Assembly (NCBI GenBank): GCA_001938485.1
Contig: MQRK01218133.1
Span: 1-63,104, forward strand
DNA: 63,104 nt
DNA from: Girardia tigrina
Taxonomy: Eukaryota
Direction: 5' to 3'
Every line of letters starts with the position of its first letter. The first letter of the stretch is position 1. Below the pieces are notes generated by a model. The model saw only the letters and a program-made list of their open reading frames with translations. It searched no databases and was not told the DNA's origin. Position numbers and translations under genes: made by a program. Shown here piece by piece: positions 1-12,519 of the stretch.

Positions 1-156
1 ATATAATATAATTAATAAGATAAATAGGGTAAACAAGATTTATTTAACCCCATAATTAAAACAAAAATACATAATATTGATTTTTTAAAATTAAAATTAA
101 TTCACATACTCAACAATATAAAAACCCTTTGTTTTATCTTCGTATTTTATAGATCA

Positions 157-510
157 CCCCTAATATACCAACATTTTTGTGACCGAACGAAAGGATATTT
201 TTGAAAACTTTCTTCGGCAATATTGTTCTAAATTATTGCAGGAATCGATTGGTAAATGTTTCAAGTCGCTAAGTGGTCTGGTTGCCGAGATATAGGCCCA
301 AAACTGCATTTTTTCGAGGTTCTTTGGCTTTTCCGGGAAATCCATGAAGGAATTCCGGGAATTTTTTTGGCCCACAATCATCCTCCGAACTTGCTTAACA
401 TATTTGCTTTTGGAACTAGCCCTCGATATTGCTTCGTTGAGGAGGAGATACGACTTAAAGCTGCGGACACACATCCATCCATCCATCCACACAGAAATAA
501 CCAATTAATA
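157..510. repeat. Probable non-autonomous interspersed repeat (Helentron/DINE-like) with (CCAT)n microsatellite
   Basis: GC-richer island with a GCCGAGATATAGG-type core and a (CATC)n run at about 472-489. The overlapping ORFs are not protein-like. Confidence 0.3.
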
Positions 511-954
511 ATCGCAATTGTCAGTATGGAAATTGCGCTAAAAACGTCTTCTAATTTTAAAAGTCAAATGTTTTTTTAATTTCAAATATATTTATAAAAA
601 CTAGAAAATGTAATTTCACCAGAAATAAAACAACAAAGTTTATTTAAGTACAACACAAAAATTCAACTTTGTTTTTTATCACTTATTTAATGAAATTTAC
701 TTTCGAATATTTAACAACATTATTACAGAAAAACTTTAGTTTATTGACTTAAATATTGTATAAATGTTTTTTTTGAGCTAATCGTTTTAATCTGACTCAT
801 TTAATATCCGGTCAGTTTCTTTTTATTGAAAGTTGCCAGATTAACGGCAATAACGTTATATTTGTTTTAATAATATGACAACAAACAGCAGAATTTTAAA
901 ATATTAAAAAATTAAATAAAATAATTGATCAACGTTTTTTTTCGTTATTAATAT

Positions 955-1581
955 ATGTCGAATTTATTTAATGATATTAAACAATTTAATAAAAATAAAT
1001 TGAATAAATCCGAAATTCAAATCACTTATCAAAATGGAAAAACTGAACGGAATATCATCGATTTCAACAGAGGTGTTATTGCTAGTTCAAATCAAATGAC
1101 AACAGAAAACACTTTCAAAACACACGGATTCATACCGCTCACCAAACTAGACTTAGAAATCGGTTGCGTCAATGAGTATTTATCTTTCGGGTCTCAAGAC
1201 GCAGCGGCAGATTTAAATGTGATCAATTTTCACTCGATCTCGCACATCGTCAACCTCTGTTCCGATTTTATCCCGAATCATTTTGTAGATCGTGGATTGA
1301 TTTACTTGACGCTGAGCTTGAGAGACGATGAAAATCAGAGTTTGAGCGATGTTTTATCGGAGATAATCGATTTTATCGATCAAATGCGATCGGAGAATCG
1401 ATCAAATCGGTGTCTTATTCACTGCAATGCCGGAGTGTCGCGAGCTCCGTCTGTCGCGATTGCCGTGTTGATTAAACGAGAGCAAATGTCATTCGATGCC
1501 GCATTTCGTATCGTATCATCAACGAAACGCGGTTCAATCAGACCAAATTCGAGCTTCATTGATCAACTAAAGAATTTATGA
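955..1581 (+). CDS. DUSP19: Atypical dual-specificity protein phosphatase, DUSP19-like, intronless
   Basis: Catalytic signature IHCNAGVSRA (HCxxGxSR), GSQDAAAD motif, acid-loop LRDDENQ and C-terminal IRPNSSF. The N-terminus LFNDIKQFNKNKL resembles the DUSP19 N-terminus. Confidence 0.85.
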   Translation: MSNLFNDIKQFNKNKLNKSEIQITYQNGKTERNIIDFNRGVIASSNQMTTENTFKTHGFIPLTKLDLEIGCVNEYLSFGSQDAAADLNVINFHSISHIVNLCSDFIPNHFVDRGLIYLTLSLRDDENQSLSDVLSEIIDFIDQMRSENRSNRCLIHCNAGVSRAPSVAIAVLIKREQMSFDAAFRIVSSTKRGSIRPNSSFIDQLKNL

Positions 1582-2756
1582 GACAATTTTGATATTAGTT
1601 ATTATTGTTTTTTTTGTAATTTTTTATTAATAAAAAACGAATTGTCTTGTCAATTGATTAGATTTCGATTTATGATTATTAAGAGTTATTAACACATAAT
1701 TACAACTGAAACAGAGACATCAATAAACAATGATGATCGGACATGTGTACTGATGTATTGGGACATGAGAGCATTTGGGACCATAGCTGTGACCTCCAAC
1801 AGAATCCTGTTTGGATATCCGACTAGATACAATAGCCAAGTCGGAAACATTTCCATTGACTCATTTATTACTTATCTCGTCTTTACTCCCGATTTACAGC
1901 GTGAATGGGTACAATTGGCGGCCCAGGAATACTTGTTCTGGTCGTCACAGTAGTCCCATATGCCATAGATCACTCGTGACAAGAGAACATACTGAGACTT
2001 GTGTCTCTTTTTGTCGCAATAGAAACGACATTCGAGCAGGCAGTGGTGCCAGACACTTCAGATCTTTCATGACGTTTAAAGGTAGTTGTTCGGAATTCGA
2101 ATTTTATATATTATGTACTACAGTAAACACCCGATTATCCGTGGATAATATTTAGAAAAGGCATAATTGTTTAAATAAATATGCATCTATTTATTTTAAA
2201 AAGTACAATTTGAATTTTATTGATTTAGGTTATAAATACCTTTTGATAATTAAAATTTTAATTTGAATTAAAAATAAACATTTTTTTTAAAATTATTTTA
2301 GAAAAATACCCTTTCACAATGTCAAATAATAGCAGAGTCGTACTGACTGTGAAACAAAAACTTATTACTTATCTCAAAATGAGTGAAAAGGGTATATCCA
2401 CATCGAAACTTTCGGAAGAATACGGAGTGGGTCCTCTTACTGTTCGCGATATAATTAAGTAAAAAACAAAATTGGAGGATTTTTCAAAAGATTGTGATAA
2501 TAATGCAGGTCCTTCAATTCTGAAAAGTATGAAATTGCCATCATATGAAGATTTAGATACAGCTATGTTTAAATGGTTTAATAAAAAACGAGCAGAAGGA
2601 ATGCTAATTACAGGCTCTGTAATTGCACATAAAGCCAAATTCTTTCATGATTCATTAGAATTAAAAGAGGAATAACCAGATTTAAGAAACGTCATGGTAT
2701 CCGTAAGCTTTTGTGAAAATTACCTAGCGTTCAAACCAGGGAACTTGAAGTTATTT

Positions 2757-3416
2757 GGAAATTTTGATATGAGATTAGTGATGAAAGTAGTGTTGTTAGA
2801 AGTACAAGACAAATCATAAAACAAATCGTTAGGTTTTTTAATGATGTTCTCAGATATTTTGGTCGGTTCTTTCATTTTAGGTGTACTTATCTCTATATGA
2901 TGACATACATTATTTATGATCTTAGTAGTTGAAAGACAGTTTGTTAGAGTCATCGGAACATAATCTTTATTAAATTTTTTTGAATTATAGAATTCATGAA
3001 TTATAGTATTTACTTTATTCTTATTTAATTGTGGTTTAAAAATATGATTGATACTATTAGTTTTAATATTTGAGTTTACGGAAGCCTGTCCAAAAACGAT
3101 AGATCTATTCCGACAATCAACTAATAAGTTATAATAAGACAAGAAATCTGCACCAATGATGCAATGTGAAACACTAGCAATCAAAAAACTCCAGGGAAAA
3201 ATATGGTGGATTAATATTTAAAGGCAACTGTATATGACCGTAGGAGCGAATAACAGTTCCATTAGCGGCCGTTAAATTAAATGAAGGCTTAAGTAAATCA
3301 AAACTGGAATTAGCGAATCTTAACGGTACAACAGAAATTGAAGAACCTGAATAAACGAGAAAACTAGAATCGAAATTTCTAGGGCGCACCGAAAATACAG
3401 AAAAAACGCCATCCAC
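2757..3416 (-). pseudogene. Gypsy aspartic protease and start of pol (disrupted)
   Basis: FLVYSGSSISVVP (degenerate DSG), LTAANGTVIRSYG, IIGADFLSYYNLLVDC and VCHHIEIS, truncated by the deletion. Confidence 0.8.
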
Positions 3417-3419
3417 TAA

Positions 3420-4457
3420 CGGTGCAATGGTGGATGGGGAGACCCGTTTAAATTGCGATGGTTATAGGAACATGGTTGGACACAATTTAAAGCGCGTTGT
3501 CAGAAATTTTTATGGTAAAAACATAAAGTGGATTCGACCTTTTCTGGGGAGTTTTTTTTGTAATCGGTCTCCTTGAAAGAACTTAATGCCTTTGAGACAT
3601 CTGATTTTAACTTGATTAATAAATTTCGTAATTCGGTGTTTTCTTTCTTGAGATTTTCTAATTGTTCAATACAAGATATTTTAAATTTATCATAATTTTT
3701 TTTGTAATCGGTCTCCTTGAAAGAACTTAATGCCTTTGAGACATCTGATTTTAACTTGATTAATAAATTTCGTAATTCGGTGTTTTCTTTCTTGAGATTT
3801 TCTAATTGTTCAATACAAGATATTTTAAATGTATCATGAGGGGTTTTAACATGGCTGGAATTAGTCATTATAACATTAATCTCGTGAGGATTGTTATTTA
3901 ATATGCGATCGGCTATTTCGGCTAAATGATCAAGATCTTCATTTTCAACTGAACTCAACACTAGTTTTATTGAGTTAGGGAGAGCTTTAAAGAATAAGTG
4001 TTTTATTAAAACGATAGAGTCTCCGCAATCAACATATTTTAATTTACATTTTAATTCTCTTAAGAATTCAGAAGGGGATCTATCTCCAAGATGTTGTTCG
4101 GATATGCATGCATTTAGGGTTTTTTTCACATCGACTGGGGTATAGTTTATTTAAAGGGGATTTTAGTTGGTTTATGGGTTTTTCTGAATTTCTTATGAGT
4201 TCTAAATAGTCACCCAATTTGGACAAAATACATGAAGGTAATTTATTAATTATTAACGAACATTGTCTTAAATCATTTGTTATATGATGAAATTTAAACA
4301 AATTTAAGGATAATGCAAACCATTCCCAAGGGGAAAGCTCAGAATCAAAGAAGAAATCCGGAAGTGTATTAAATTTTTCACTACTAGTGATATGGGGAAC
4401 GAATCCATCGTTAGAGGAAGAAGTTTCCTTAGTAAAAGAAATCCGATTTTTAGACAT
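3420..4457 (-). pseudogene. Gypsy gag (frameshifted)
   Basis: Motifs LPDF..PWEWF, LGDRSPSEFLREL, LFFKALP..IKLVL, LAEIADRI and a CFYH.. knuckle. Contains an in-frame 144-bp tandem duplication. Confidence 0.8.
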
Positions 4458-4503
4458 TTAATAATAAAAAAAATATTGTAAACAAAAAAAAGTAGGAAAA
4501 TAT

Positions 4504-4521
4504 ATCCCACTTCTGACACCA
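4504..4521 (-). promoter_or_regulatory. Primer binding site complementary to the tRNA-Leu 3' end
   Basis: Minus-strand TGGTGTCAGAAGTGGGAT, 2 nt inside the LTR, is complementary to ...ATCCCACTTCTGACACCA of eukaryotic tRNA-Leu. Confidence 0.8.
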
Positions 4522-5425
4522 GTTGTGAAAATTACCTAGCGTTCAAACCAGGGAACTTGAAGTTATTTTCACTATTGGAATAAAGTTAAATAAAAAATAA
4601 TATTAATAATATATATAATTTGGAACAAATAATATGACAAGAACAAAAACGACAAGGATTGATCACAGTGAAACAAAAAAGGTGAAAGAGATGAATGATA
4701 ATAATAAAAAGTTACTTGTGAATAAAATAGGATTGACGGGATCTGAACTGAAAATGTCTCGAAATTCAAACTGATTTATTGAAATCACAAATTGCAGCAA
4801 ACGATCGATAATAAATACTACAGGAATAGTTGGATAAATGTTGGTTTTGATTGGGATAATATATACAATAAACAGTTCTTCACGTTCTTGAGAGACACAA
4901 AATGTCAGGATATAGTTGATTTGAATTGATTAGAAGTGACGACTTGGTTTAAATGTTAAATATGTAGTAAATCGGGACAAAAATCACAAAAATTGTTTGT
5001 CAAGAAATATGGACAACAATCATCAAAAATAAGAGAAATTAATTACTCATACAATTAATGAATTCCAATTCATTATTGATTTATTTTTTTTTTAATTTTT
5101 ATAATTTAATTCCATAGCGATCTACTATATCGCTATGGTATATTTTAAATTTTAAATTTTATATCTTTGACTACATAATGTAGTCAAAGATATTGCGGCT
5201 TATATTAAGAAAGAATTTATACAGCTTTCAATCCAAGGAGAACACCTTAGCGGAGATGTTGACACGGCTACTAAATTTAGGATTGAATTTGCGGAATATG
5301 TTCAAGTGAATGATTTGAAACTCGACCCAATATATAATTCCAATGAGACAGGCTTATACTGGAAGTATTTGCCTACAAAGATACTTGCTTCGTCTAATGA
5401 ATCATCGACTCCAGGCCATAAATAA

Positions 5426-5605
<180 letters not shown>

Positions 5606-5773
5606 TGATTTAAAAATAAATTGTTCCCAGAAATTCGATTTTTTTTAAAAAGTAAAGGATTGCCACAAAAGGTAGTACTGTTATTAGATAATGATTTTTG
5701 TCATTCAAGTGAAAGCATACTGAAAACAAACGACGGCCAAATTTTACCAACTAATGTAACATCTTTAATTCAA

Positions 5774-7755
5774 CGAAGTAGGATATTTTGGCGCCATCGT
5801 TTTTGAGTAGGTTGTTTTGGTGCGAGGTCATTTTGGCGCAAAGCCGTTTTGGCGCGAAGCTGTTTTGGCGCTGTGTCAACTGTTCCCACATTATTTTTTT
5901 CCCAACTTATTTAGTTCCCAACCCATTTTTTTGCGTTTATAAAAAATCTGTTTTCTACAGATGGATATTCAAAAAAACATTTTACTCAAATAATTTTTTA
6001 TTAAATCAAAAGTCCGTGTTTATTTAAAAAAATCTATTTTCTACAGATGCATACTCAAAAAAAATTTTACTCAAACATTTTTTATTAAATCAAAAGTTCA
6101 TGTTTATTAGTCCATCAAAAAATTATGCGCTATTCCTCTAAGGTACTCGATGATGTTTCGTTCTCTGTAAGTCCCAACAATCGTTCTGATCCTGGCATTT
6201 GCAGCGACGTATTTTCTGCGCTTTACAGGCGGCTGATCTCCACGAACGAATTGCTCATATATAAGGTCACGTCCTTTTTGAACACCTCGAATGTCGTATA
6301 TAAATTTCCAAATGCTTGGATGATCCACCCGGATTCGCCTTGCAATCTTCGATGTGCTGCTTCCACATAGTTGTTGGTTCGATCCTCTCCATTCACTGTT
6401 CTCTCGTAGACAGACCACATATGAGAAGGAAATAATGCACGACGTCGAATCTGATTACGATTTGACATCCAATGTAGACATGCTCAAACCAATCTATTAT
6501 TGGTGTGAGGTCCTCCATAATTTCGTTTTCCAGTGCCTCCAAAGCACCATCAAGGTCTTCGATTGGAATAAAGGAGAGAGCGACTATCATTCTGGCAGAC
6601 AAACCAAATTCAGGATCGATGTTATATCGGTTAAGTAGACCTTCATCTGCTAGTTTCTTCCGCATGTTCTTCGTCAAATGAAAGATGCATCCATGGATTG
6701 CACAATTCGGAAACACAGCCCGAATAGCTCCAATTGCGGCCTGTTCAAAGTCGATAGAAATTGACGACGGGTTGAGATATGGCCACAATACTTTAATGGC
6801 TTCAAACAATCGTCGGTATGTTCTTCCTTCTTTGTTCGGTAGCAGTGCATATAGAACCGTTAGTACAAATTCTCTTCTGTTTGCCATGATTACATATATC
6901 TGCGCAAATGAGCAGGAGCTAGGCTAAATGTTCCATCTACATACAGTCTGTCCATTTGGTTACTCCAATCACTATTCGACTGTCGGCCAAAGAGAAAAAT
7001 GCGATCTTCATCTTGTTCTCCGGAATCACATAAAAGAAATTCTTCCATCTGATCTGGTGCGACTTCGTAAATTCTGTATGCATCCGGAATGATAATTGAA
7101 GCTCAATCGACCGGTTGTGGAGGAGCTGCTTGATTGTATTTTCTAAGACGCTGAATAACCTTGCGAATGGTGTCTTTCTTTGGCATCTTCGCTTGAACGG
7201 CAGTCGAGGTTCCTTAGAGATGATAACTGATGGAATTTCAGTTGTATCTATTGCCCTCCTTTTGATTCCAGTCATTATCATGACAGTTCGAAGTTGCGCT
7301 GCATCACTTCCATGACTATGATCATTCAGAACACGATCATTATCGACAGTCGTGTGTAAACAGGCCTTGCATTCATTCTTCAGTTCACATCGCCAGAACT
7401 TCTTGGAATGGTCTGAGCTAAACTTATCGAAAACATAAAAGTATCCTCCGTGGGTAATTCTTTCTTATCCTCGCTTCGACTGAACATTTTCCATTTGTTT
7501 TTTAAAAAAAATATTTTAGGGAATATATACGGAATTATATACGGAAATATTTAATTTTATGTGAGATTTTAAATATACCTATGGTCTGTCAATAATGAAA
7601 TTTTGATTACACATTTTTAATTAAAATGGCAAAAATTGGTACAGCGCAAAAATGGTCGCGCCAAAACGACTTCGTGCCAAAACGGCATCACACCAAAACG
7701 ACCTCACGTCAAAACGACCTGCGCCAAAACGGCGGCGTCAAAATGTCACGTACCG
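5774..7755 (-). mobile_element. Mutator-like element (MULE) with FLYWCH-DDE transposase pseudogene
   Basis: 9-bp TSD TTAATTCAA (5765-5773 and 7756-7764). Imperfect TIRs of about 110 bp built from TTTTGGCGC subrepeats. The transposase (7494 to 6107) has [39 protein letters not shown] and YLRGIAHNF, with stops and frameshifts. Confidence 0.92.
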
Positions 7756-8819
7756 TTAATTCAACCTATAGATTAAGGAGTTATCTCTTAAATGAAACGT
7801 CATTATCGTAATGATCTCCCTAGAAGCTTTTGCAGCGAGAATGACGATTTAATGAATTTATGAAAAAATGACAATGTTGGATGCAATATATGGGGCTATT
7901 AAATCTTGGAACAAATTAAGCCAATAAAACTAATTCGATCGAAATTTAAATGGCTTTGAAAATGTTGATGACCAAAATAATAAGAAATAGATGGAATTTG
8001 ATTTATCTGATCCAGGATTCCAGATACAAAGAGACACGGATATTATTTCAAATCAAATTTCAAATCCAAATGAAAATGAAAGTGAGGTAGAAGATATTAT
8101 CAATCGTATTAGTCCGGACAAGGCACTCACTTCTGACGATACTTTACTAGAATACGTCGATAAATGGTGCTTTGAACTGTAACTATGTAATATCTTTAGG
8201 ATAAATTTAAGATGATATTAAAATGTCATTGAAAAATTCAATTAAACAAACCAAAATTACCGTGGCTTTGAGGAATGTTGATCCTCTTGTGGCGATCCCC
8301 GACGCCGGTGGCAGACTTGTCATGATAAAATAATAAAATTAAAATTGTTCCAAAACCTAAATCTTACCCAGTGTCGGTTAAATTTAATAGCTTAGTTTAT
8401 AGTTAAATTTAATAGTTAATAGTTAAATTTAAAAACTTAATAGATTTTAAATTTTAATTGCAATCATTATTATTGTATTCAATTTAAAATATGGTACCTG
8501 GGTCCAACCGTTTGGTTGTGACAAATTAAAGAATAGCTCCCCAAACAGTATTGGTCCCAGGTAACCAACCGCTGCCTCAGAAAAAAATATTTTAATTTAT
8601 TTTGTGAACAAGAGGACACTACATACAGCTACAATTTTTACATACTAGAAACTGTTCAGTGAAATAATAAAATATATATTTAATTACCATAAATTTACAG
8701 TGTTTTTCAAGATTATAAAATTATTTATTCCAAAATATAATTTCTTTTATTAATAATCATTGTAATCCTTAAAGTGTAATTAATTTACATAATATAACAT
8801 TTAAATAATTTAATTTAAT

Positions 8820-9720
8820 TTCAGACTAATAATATTACTTTTTGAAATAAATTTTAAAAACAAAGTGTTTTTTAAAAATGTAATTAAATAATTTAATTTT
8901 AATCCCTTGAAATAATAAAATTTCTAAATCATATTATTATTTTTGATATTGTATAAATTTTTGACCACAAAGAGAAAGTTACAAAAATAATATTACAATT
9001 ATTTTATGAGTACAACAGTTGTCTTTACAAACACTTTTAAAAAGGCATTGTGATAAATTATTTTGCAATGTTTATGGTAATAGAATTTAAAAGGGCTTTA
9101 AATATTTATTTTTTAAAAAATTAGTGTAAAGTTTTATATTACTTATTTCTATATATATTTTTAAAAAGTTTAGACTAATAATATTAATTGTTTAATACAC
9201 ACTTGAAACCAAGAAGATTTGAAAAATTTTATTAAAAAAGTAAAAAAAATTAATGCAAAGTGTTAAATTACTTATTCATGTATTTTATTATAAAAAAAAC
9301 GTTTATTGACTTATTTATATATTTTATTATAAAACAATTAGGACTTATAGTATTAATTTTTTGAAATAAATTTTTATTTTAAAAATACATTCTGATAAAT
9401 TATTTTGCAATGTTTATGGTAATGGAATTTAAAAGGGGCTTTAAAAATTTACTTTCATAAAAAATAATAAAAAATTTAATATTACTCATGTATATATTTT
9501 ATTATAAAAAGTTTAGACTAATAATAATAATTTTTGACAAAAATTCTAAACCAAGTATTTTTTTAAAAATTTAGTTAAAAAATTAAATTTTATAAAATTA
9601 ATGCAAAGTTTTTTTATAACTTATTTATATATTTTATTATAAAAAGTTTTGAGTAATAATATTAAAAAAAATATAAACTATTTTAATTTGTTTTAATAGG
9701 TATTTTTGTAACATTTCTAA
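8820..9720. repeat. Degenerate AT-rich tandem repeat, period about 170 bp
   Basis: TTTAGACTAATAATATT-like motif recurring near 8821, 9169, 9338, 9512 and 9647, plus a duplicated TGATAAATTATTTTGCAATGTTTATGGTAAT (about 9051 and 9393). Confidence 0.55.
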
Positions 9721-9741
9721 AATATATTATAAAAAGCTTCT

Positions 9742-10653
9742 ATGTTTGAAAATTTTTTAAGTAATAGAGGTAAGCCTAAATTTACTCACAATGGGTATTT
9801 GTTTCTGTTTGATAAGTCAAGTAAGAAGGATACTGACATTACCTTTTGGCGGTGCGAAAACAAAAATGAGTGCAAGGCTCGTATCCACGTTAAGAATGGC
9901 GAGGTGATAAAAGATACAAATAATCATTCGCATGGATCTTCAGCAGTGGGTGTAGAAATAGCTGCAATAAATACTAAAATGAAGATTCTGGCTGGTCGGA
10001 GTCAAGAAAATCCACTGTCAATCATAAATTGCTGTACTCAAAACATTTCACAAACAGTACATGATGCTCTTAAGAGTACTGACTCAATGATTAAAATTAT
10101 AAATAGAAGAAGAAATAAATTAAATATTGCTACTCCTAATTCCATGAGTCTTTGTGACAATCATCAAATAAATGAAACAAAAATAAAAACATATTTATTT
10201 GAGATCCATGAAATTATTAGCAAATCAGAGAATTTAAATAAAGTTTGTTCAAATATTACTAATGAAGTTAAAGAAAAGAGTCTCGAAATAATCAAAGAAT
10301 CTCATTCAAACAATATTAACGATAATTTGACAGAATTAAATAATGAAAATATTTCAAATAATATTAATTCAAAAGATTTATCAACTGGTTCAAATAATGA
10401 ACCGATCAAAACAATTCTTATAGATGTTGAAATGGAAGAGAATGATACAAATATTGAAATGATTATCGAAAATAAATCTTCAGATTTTAATTCAAAGAAA
10501 GATAAAAAAGTAAAAGAATATGAAATAAAAACTGAAGATATAATCAAAAAGGTAGGATCAAATAGAGAATTATGGAAAAATACAATTGAAAATATCGAGA
10601 AACAATTATTAATAATGAAATATTTATATAATCAACAGTATGGAAATGAATAA
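9742..10653 (+). CDS. FLYWCH zinc-finger (MULE transposase N-terminus) fused to an Asn/Glu/Lys-rich C-terminus, no DDE domain
   Basis: Open 303-aa ORF with GYLFLFDK..FWRCENKNECKARIH..HSH, homologous to the MULE N-terminus at 7494. Similarity and composition change at about 10150. Confidence 0.6.
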   Translation: MFENFLSNRGKPKFTHNGYLFLFDKSSKKDTDITFWRCENKNECKARIHVKNGEVIKDTNNHSHGSSAVGVEIAAINTKMKILAGRSQENPLSIINCCTQNISQTVHDALKSTDSMIKIINRRRNKLNIATPNSMSLCDNHQINETKIKTYLFEIHEIISKSENLNKVCSNITNEVKEKSLEIIKESHSNNINDNLTELNNENISNNINSKDLSTGSNNEPIKTILIDVEMEENDTNIEMIIENKSSDFNSKKDKKVKEYEIKTEDIIKKVGSNRELWKNTIENIEKQLLIMKYLYNQQYGNE

Positions 10654-10672
10654 ATATAATTAAACTGTGCTT

Positions 10673-11130
10673 TTTGGTGACGAAAATATTCAGCACTAAA
10701 CAAAAAGCCTCCAAAAGGATGGTTCCACCATTTGGAGAGGACAGTTTGGATCATTCACCAGAGTTACGATGTTTTTGGTTTTTAAACCTCTTCACGCTAA
10801 CTAAAATTAGAATTTTTTTTATAAATGCGGAATTATTTCAGTTATTAATTTATAACGCAAATTATAATCATTAGCATCATTGGGCACACCACTCGGAATA
10901 GATCCAATATAATATTATAATAATTTACATTTTACAATAAAACACTCAATTACAACAATGCAGAACGAATCGGAATATTCGGATTTTGGATCAAATAATA
11001 CAATCGATAAATGTTTACAAATACAATAAATCTGAATCTTCGGATTGAGAATAGGAATTTAATTTTTGGATGAAAAATTGCGAAGTTGATTAATACTAAT
11101 GGATTGTTTTGGAATTTTCTGTCACCACAT
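10673..11130. mobile_element. Possible solo LTR or MITE
   Basis: Short inverted termini TGGTGACGAAAATATTC ... GGAATTTTCTGTCACCACA. No convincing TSD. Confidence 0.3.
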
Positions 11131-11529
11131 TATTTTTTTAATCCGATCGCTATTTATGTTAATATACAAACAAAATACTTTTTTGAAATAAATTAAATCT
11201 TATTTATTATTTATTTATTATGATTTAAGGAACTATATAACTTAGGTTTTATTTTTGCTAAACCACTGTTTAATAAAATTGTATTTAAAAACTAATTTAT
11301 TTATAATTTCATTTGTCTATTATTTTCTTGTTTAGTGTTTTGATAAATGATTTCTTATTATTACTTTCAAAAATTTTCTTTGACTTTTAATTCTTAACAA
11401 TAATAAATAAACTTACTGCAATAACGCGAGATTATATAATTAATGTAACATTACCATTTAGGCTACATATGTGGCCTTACGCGTACAAAATGAAGGCCAC
11501 AAATGTGGTCTTACACGCGAATAGAGTTA

Positions 11530-11760
11530 AACAAGAATAGTGTTTTCTACAAGTTTATTCCACCATATTAACCCAAGCTGAATCAAACTGAATATATTTT
11601 TTGTTCGTTAAAGACCAATGATGAGGTCGCCAGACAAAGAGCTAAATCTTGCAATGAAATCCTAGAGACTAATAACTACCGCTTCTCTATAAGCTCTGTA
11701 TGAAAAAATTAAAAGTTTTGTTCTTCTTGGAATAAACAACAATTTATTTTATAAAATTTG
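11530..11760 (+). mobile_element. IS630/Tc1-like transposase C-terminal remnant
   Basis: Translates FYKFIPPY*PKLNQTEYIFCSLK, resembling YLPPYSPELNPIE..F..LK. Confidence 0.55.
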
Positions 11761-12396
11761 GATTTCTCAATTTCATTATATTGCACTATTTTGTATTGAA
11801 CTTTACAAAGGTCTTTTAAATTGTTTGATAATGGTATTATATTTATTTTTGTAATTGTTAAAACTTTTCAATAACGTAACAAATGCAATGATAACTTGAT
11901 TAATTAACTTTAGAATACTGTGTCTGTTTGGAATATTTTAAATTGTTTGAATGCATTTTGTTGATTCCGAGTATATTGAATTTAGAATGGTAATGGAAAT
12001 ATATTATTTTTTGTACTTACGGTAATTAACTATGCGAACATAATTAAAATAATAATAACGAAATGATAATAATATTATAAGTTAAAATTTTTGAAATTAG
12101 TAATTAAAATCTAATTTCAATTATTCAATTAAAAGAAATTTTTATAGGTTTAGAAAATTCTAAACTGTAACCTTTACAATATATTTGTGTCTAGAAAGTT
12201 TAATGTTTTGAAACTTAAATTCATTTTTTACAATTTGATTAAATATTTTTTATTTATTTAACGTTCTTATAATGAAATGATTAAAATTATTCATTTTAAT
12301 CAATATTTTTGGAAATTTAAAAAAATATTAAAGAAAGATTAAAAAATTGTTTGATTAATCATTATAATAAAGATAGAAATATAACCGATTAGAACG

Positions 12397-12519
12397 ATGC
12401 CAAACTGTGAACGATCTTCTGAGAGTTGTGATGACTCTAAATGTGATACTAATAAAATTTATAATAATAATTGTCTCAATGCTGTTAACAGTGTCAATGT
12501 TATAATTTATTGCATCTAA
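12397..12519 (+). other. Micro-ORF family A copy (40 aa)
   Basis: MPNCERSSESCDDSKCDTNKIYNNNCLNAVNSVNVIIYCI*. The cassette is homologous in inverted orientation to 56.2-56.7 kb. Confidence 0.5.

Larger units (their letters stand above)
2712..5223 (-). mobile_element. Internally deleted Ty3/Gypsy LTR retrotransposon (gag-protease only)
   Basis: TG...CA termini with 5-bp TSD GCTTT (2707-2711 and 5224-5228). The 5' LTR is 4524-5223. Only 45 bp of the 3' LTR remain (2712-2756, identical to 4524-4568). PBS, gag and protease are present; RT, RNase H and integrase are absent. Confidence 0.9.

Noticed and set aside
5788-5880. Short regularly spaced repeats resembling a CRISPR array (also 7640-7745)
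   Set aside because: They are MULE TIR subrepeats with no unique spacers and no cas genes, in a eukaryotic context.
6125-7315. Plus-strand ORFs inside the MULE
   Set aside because: Antisense shadows of the transposase.
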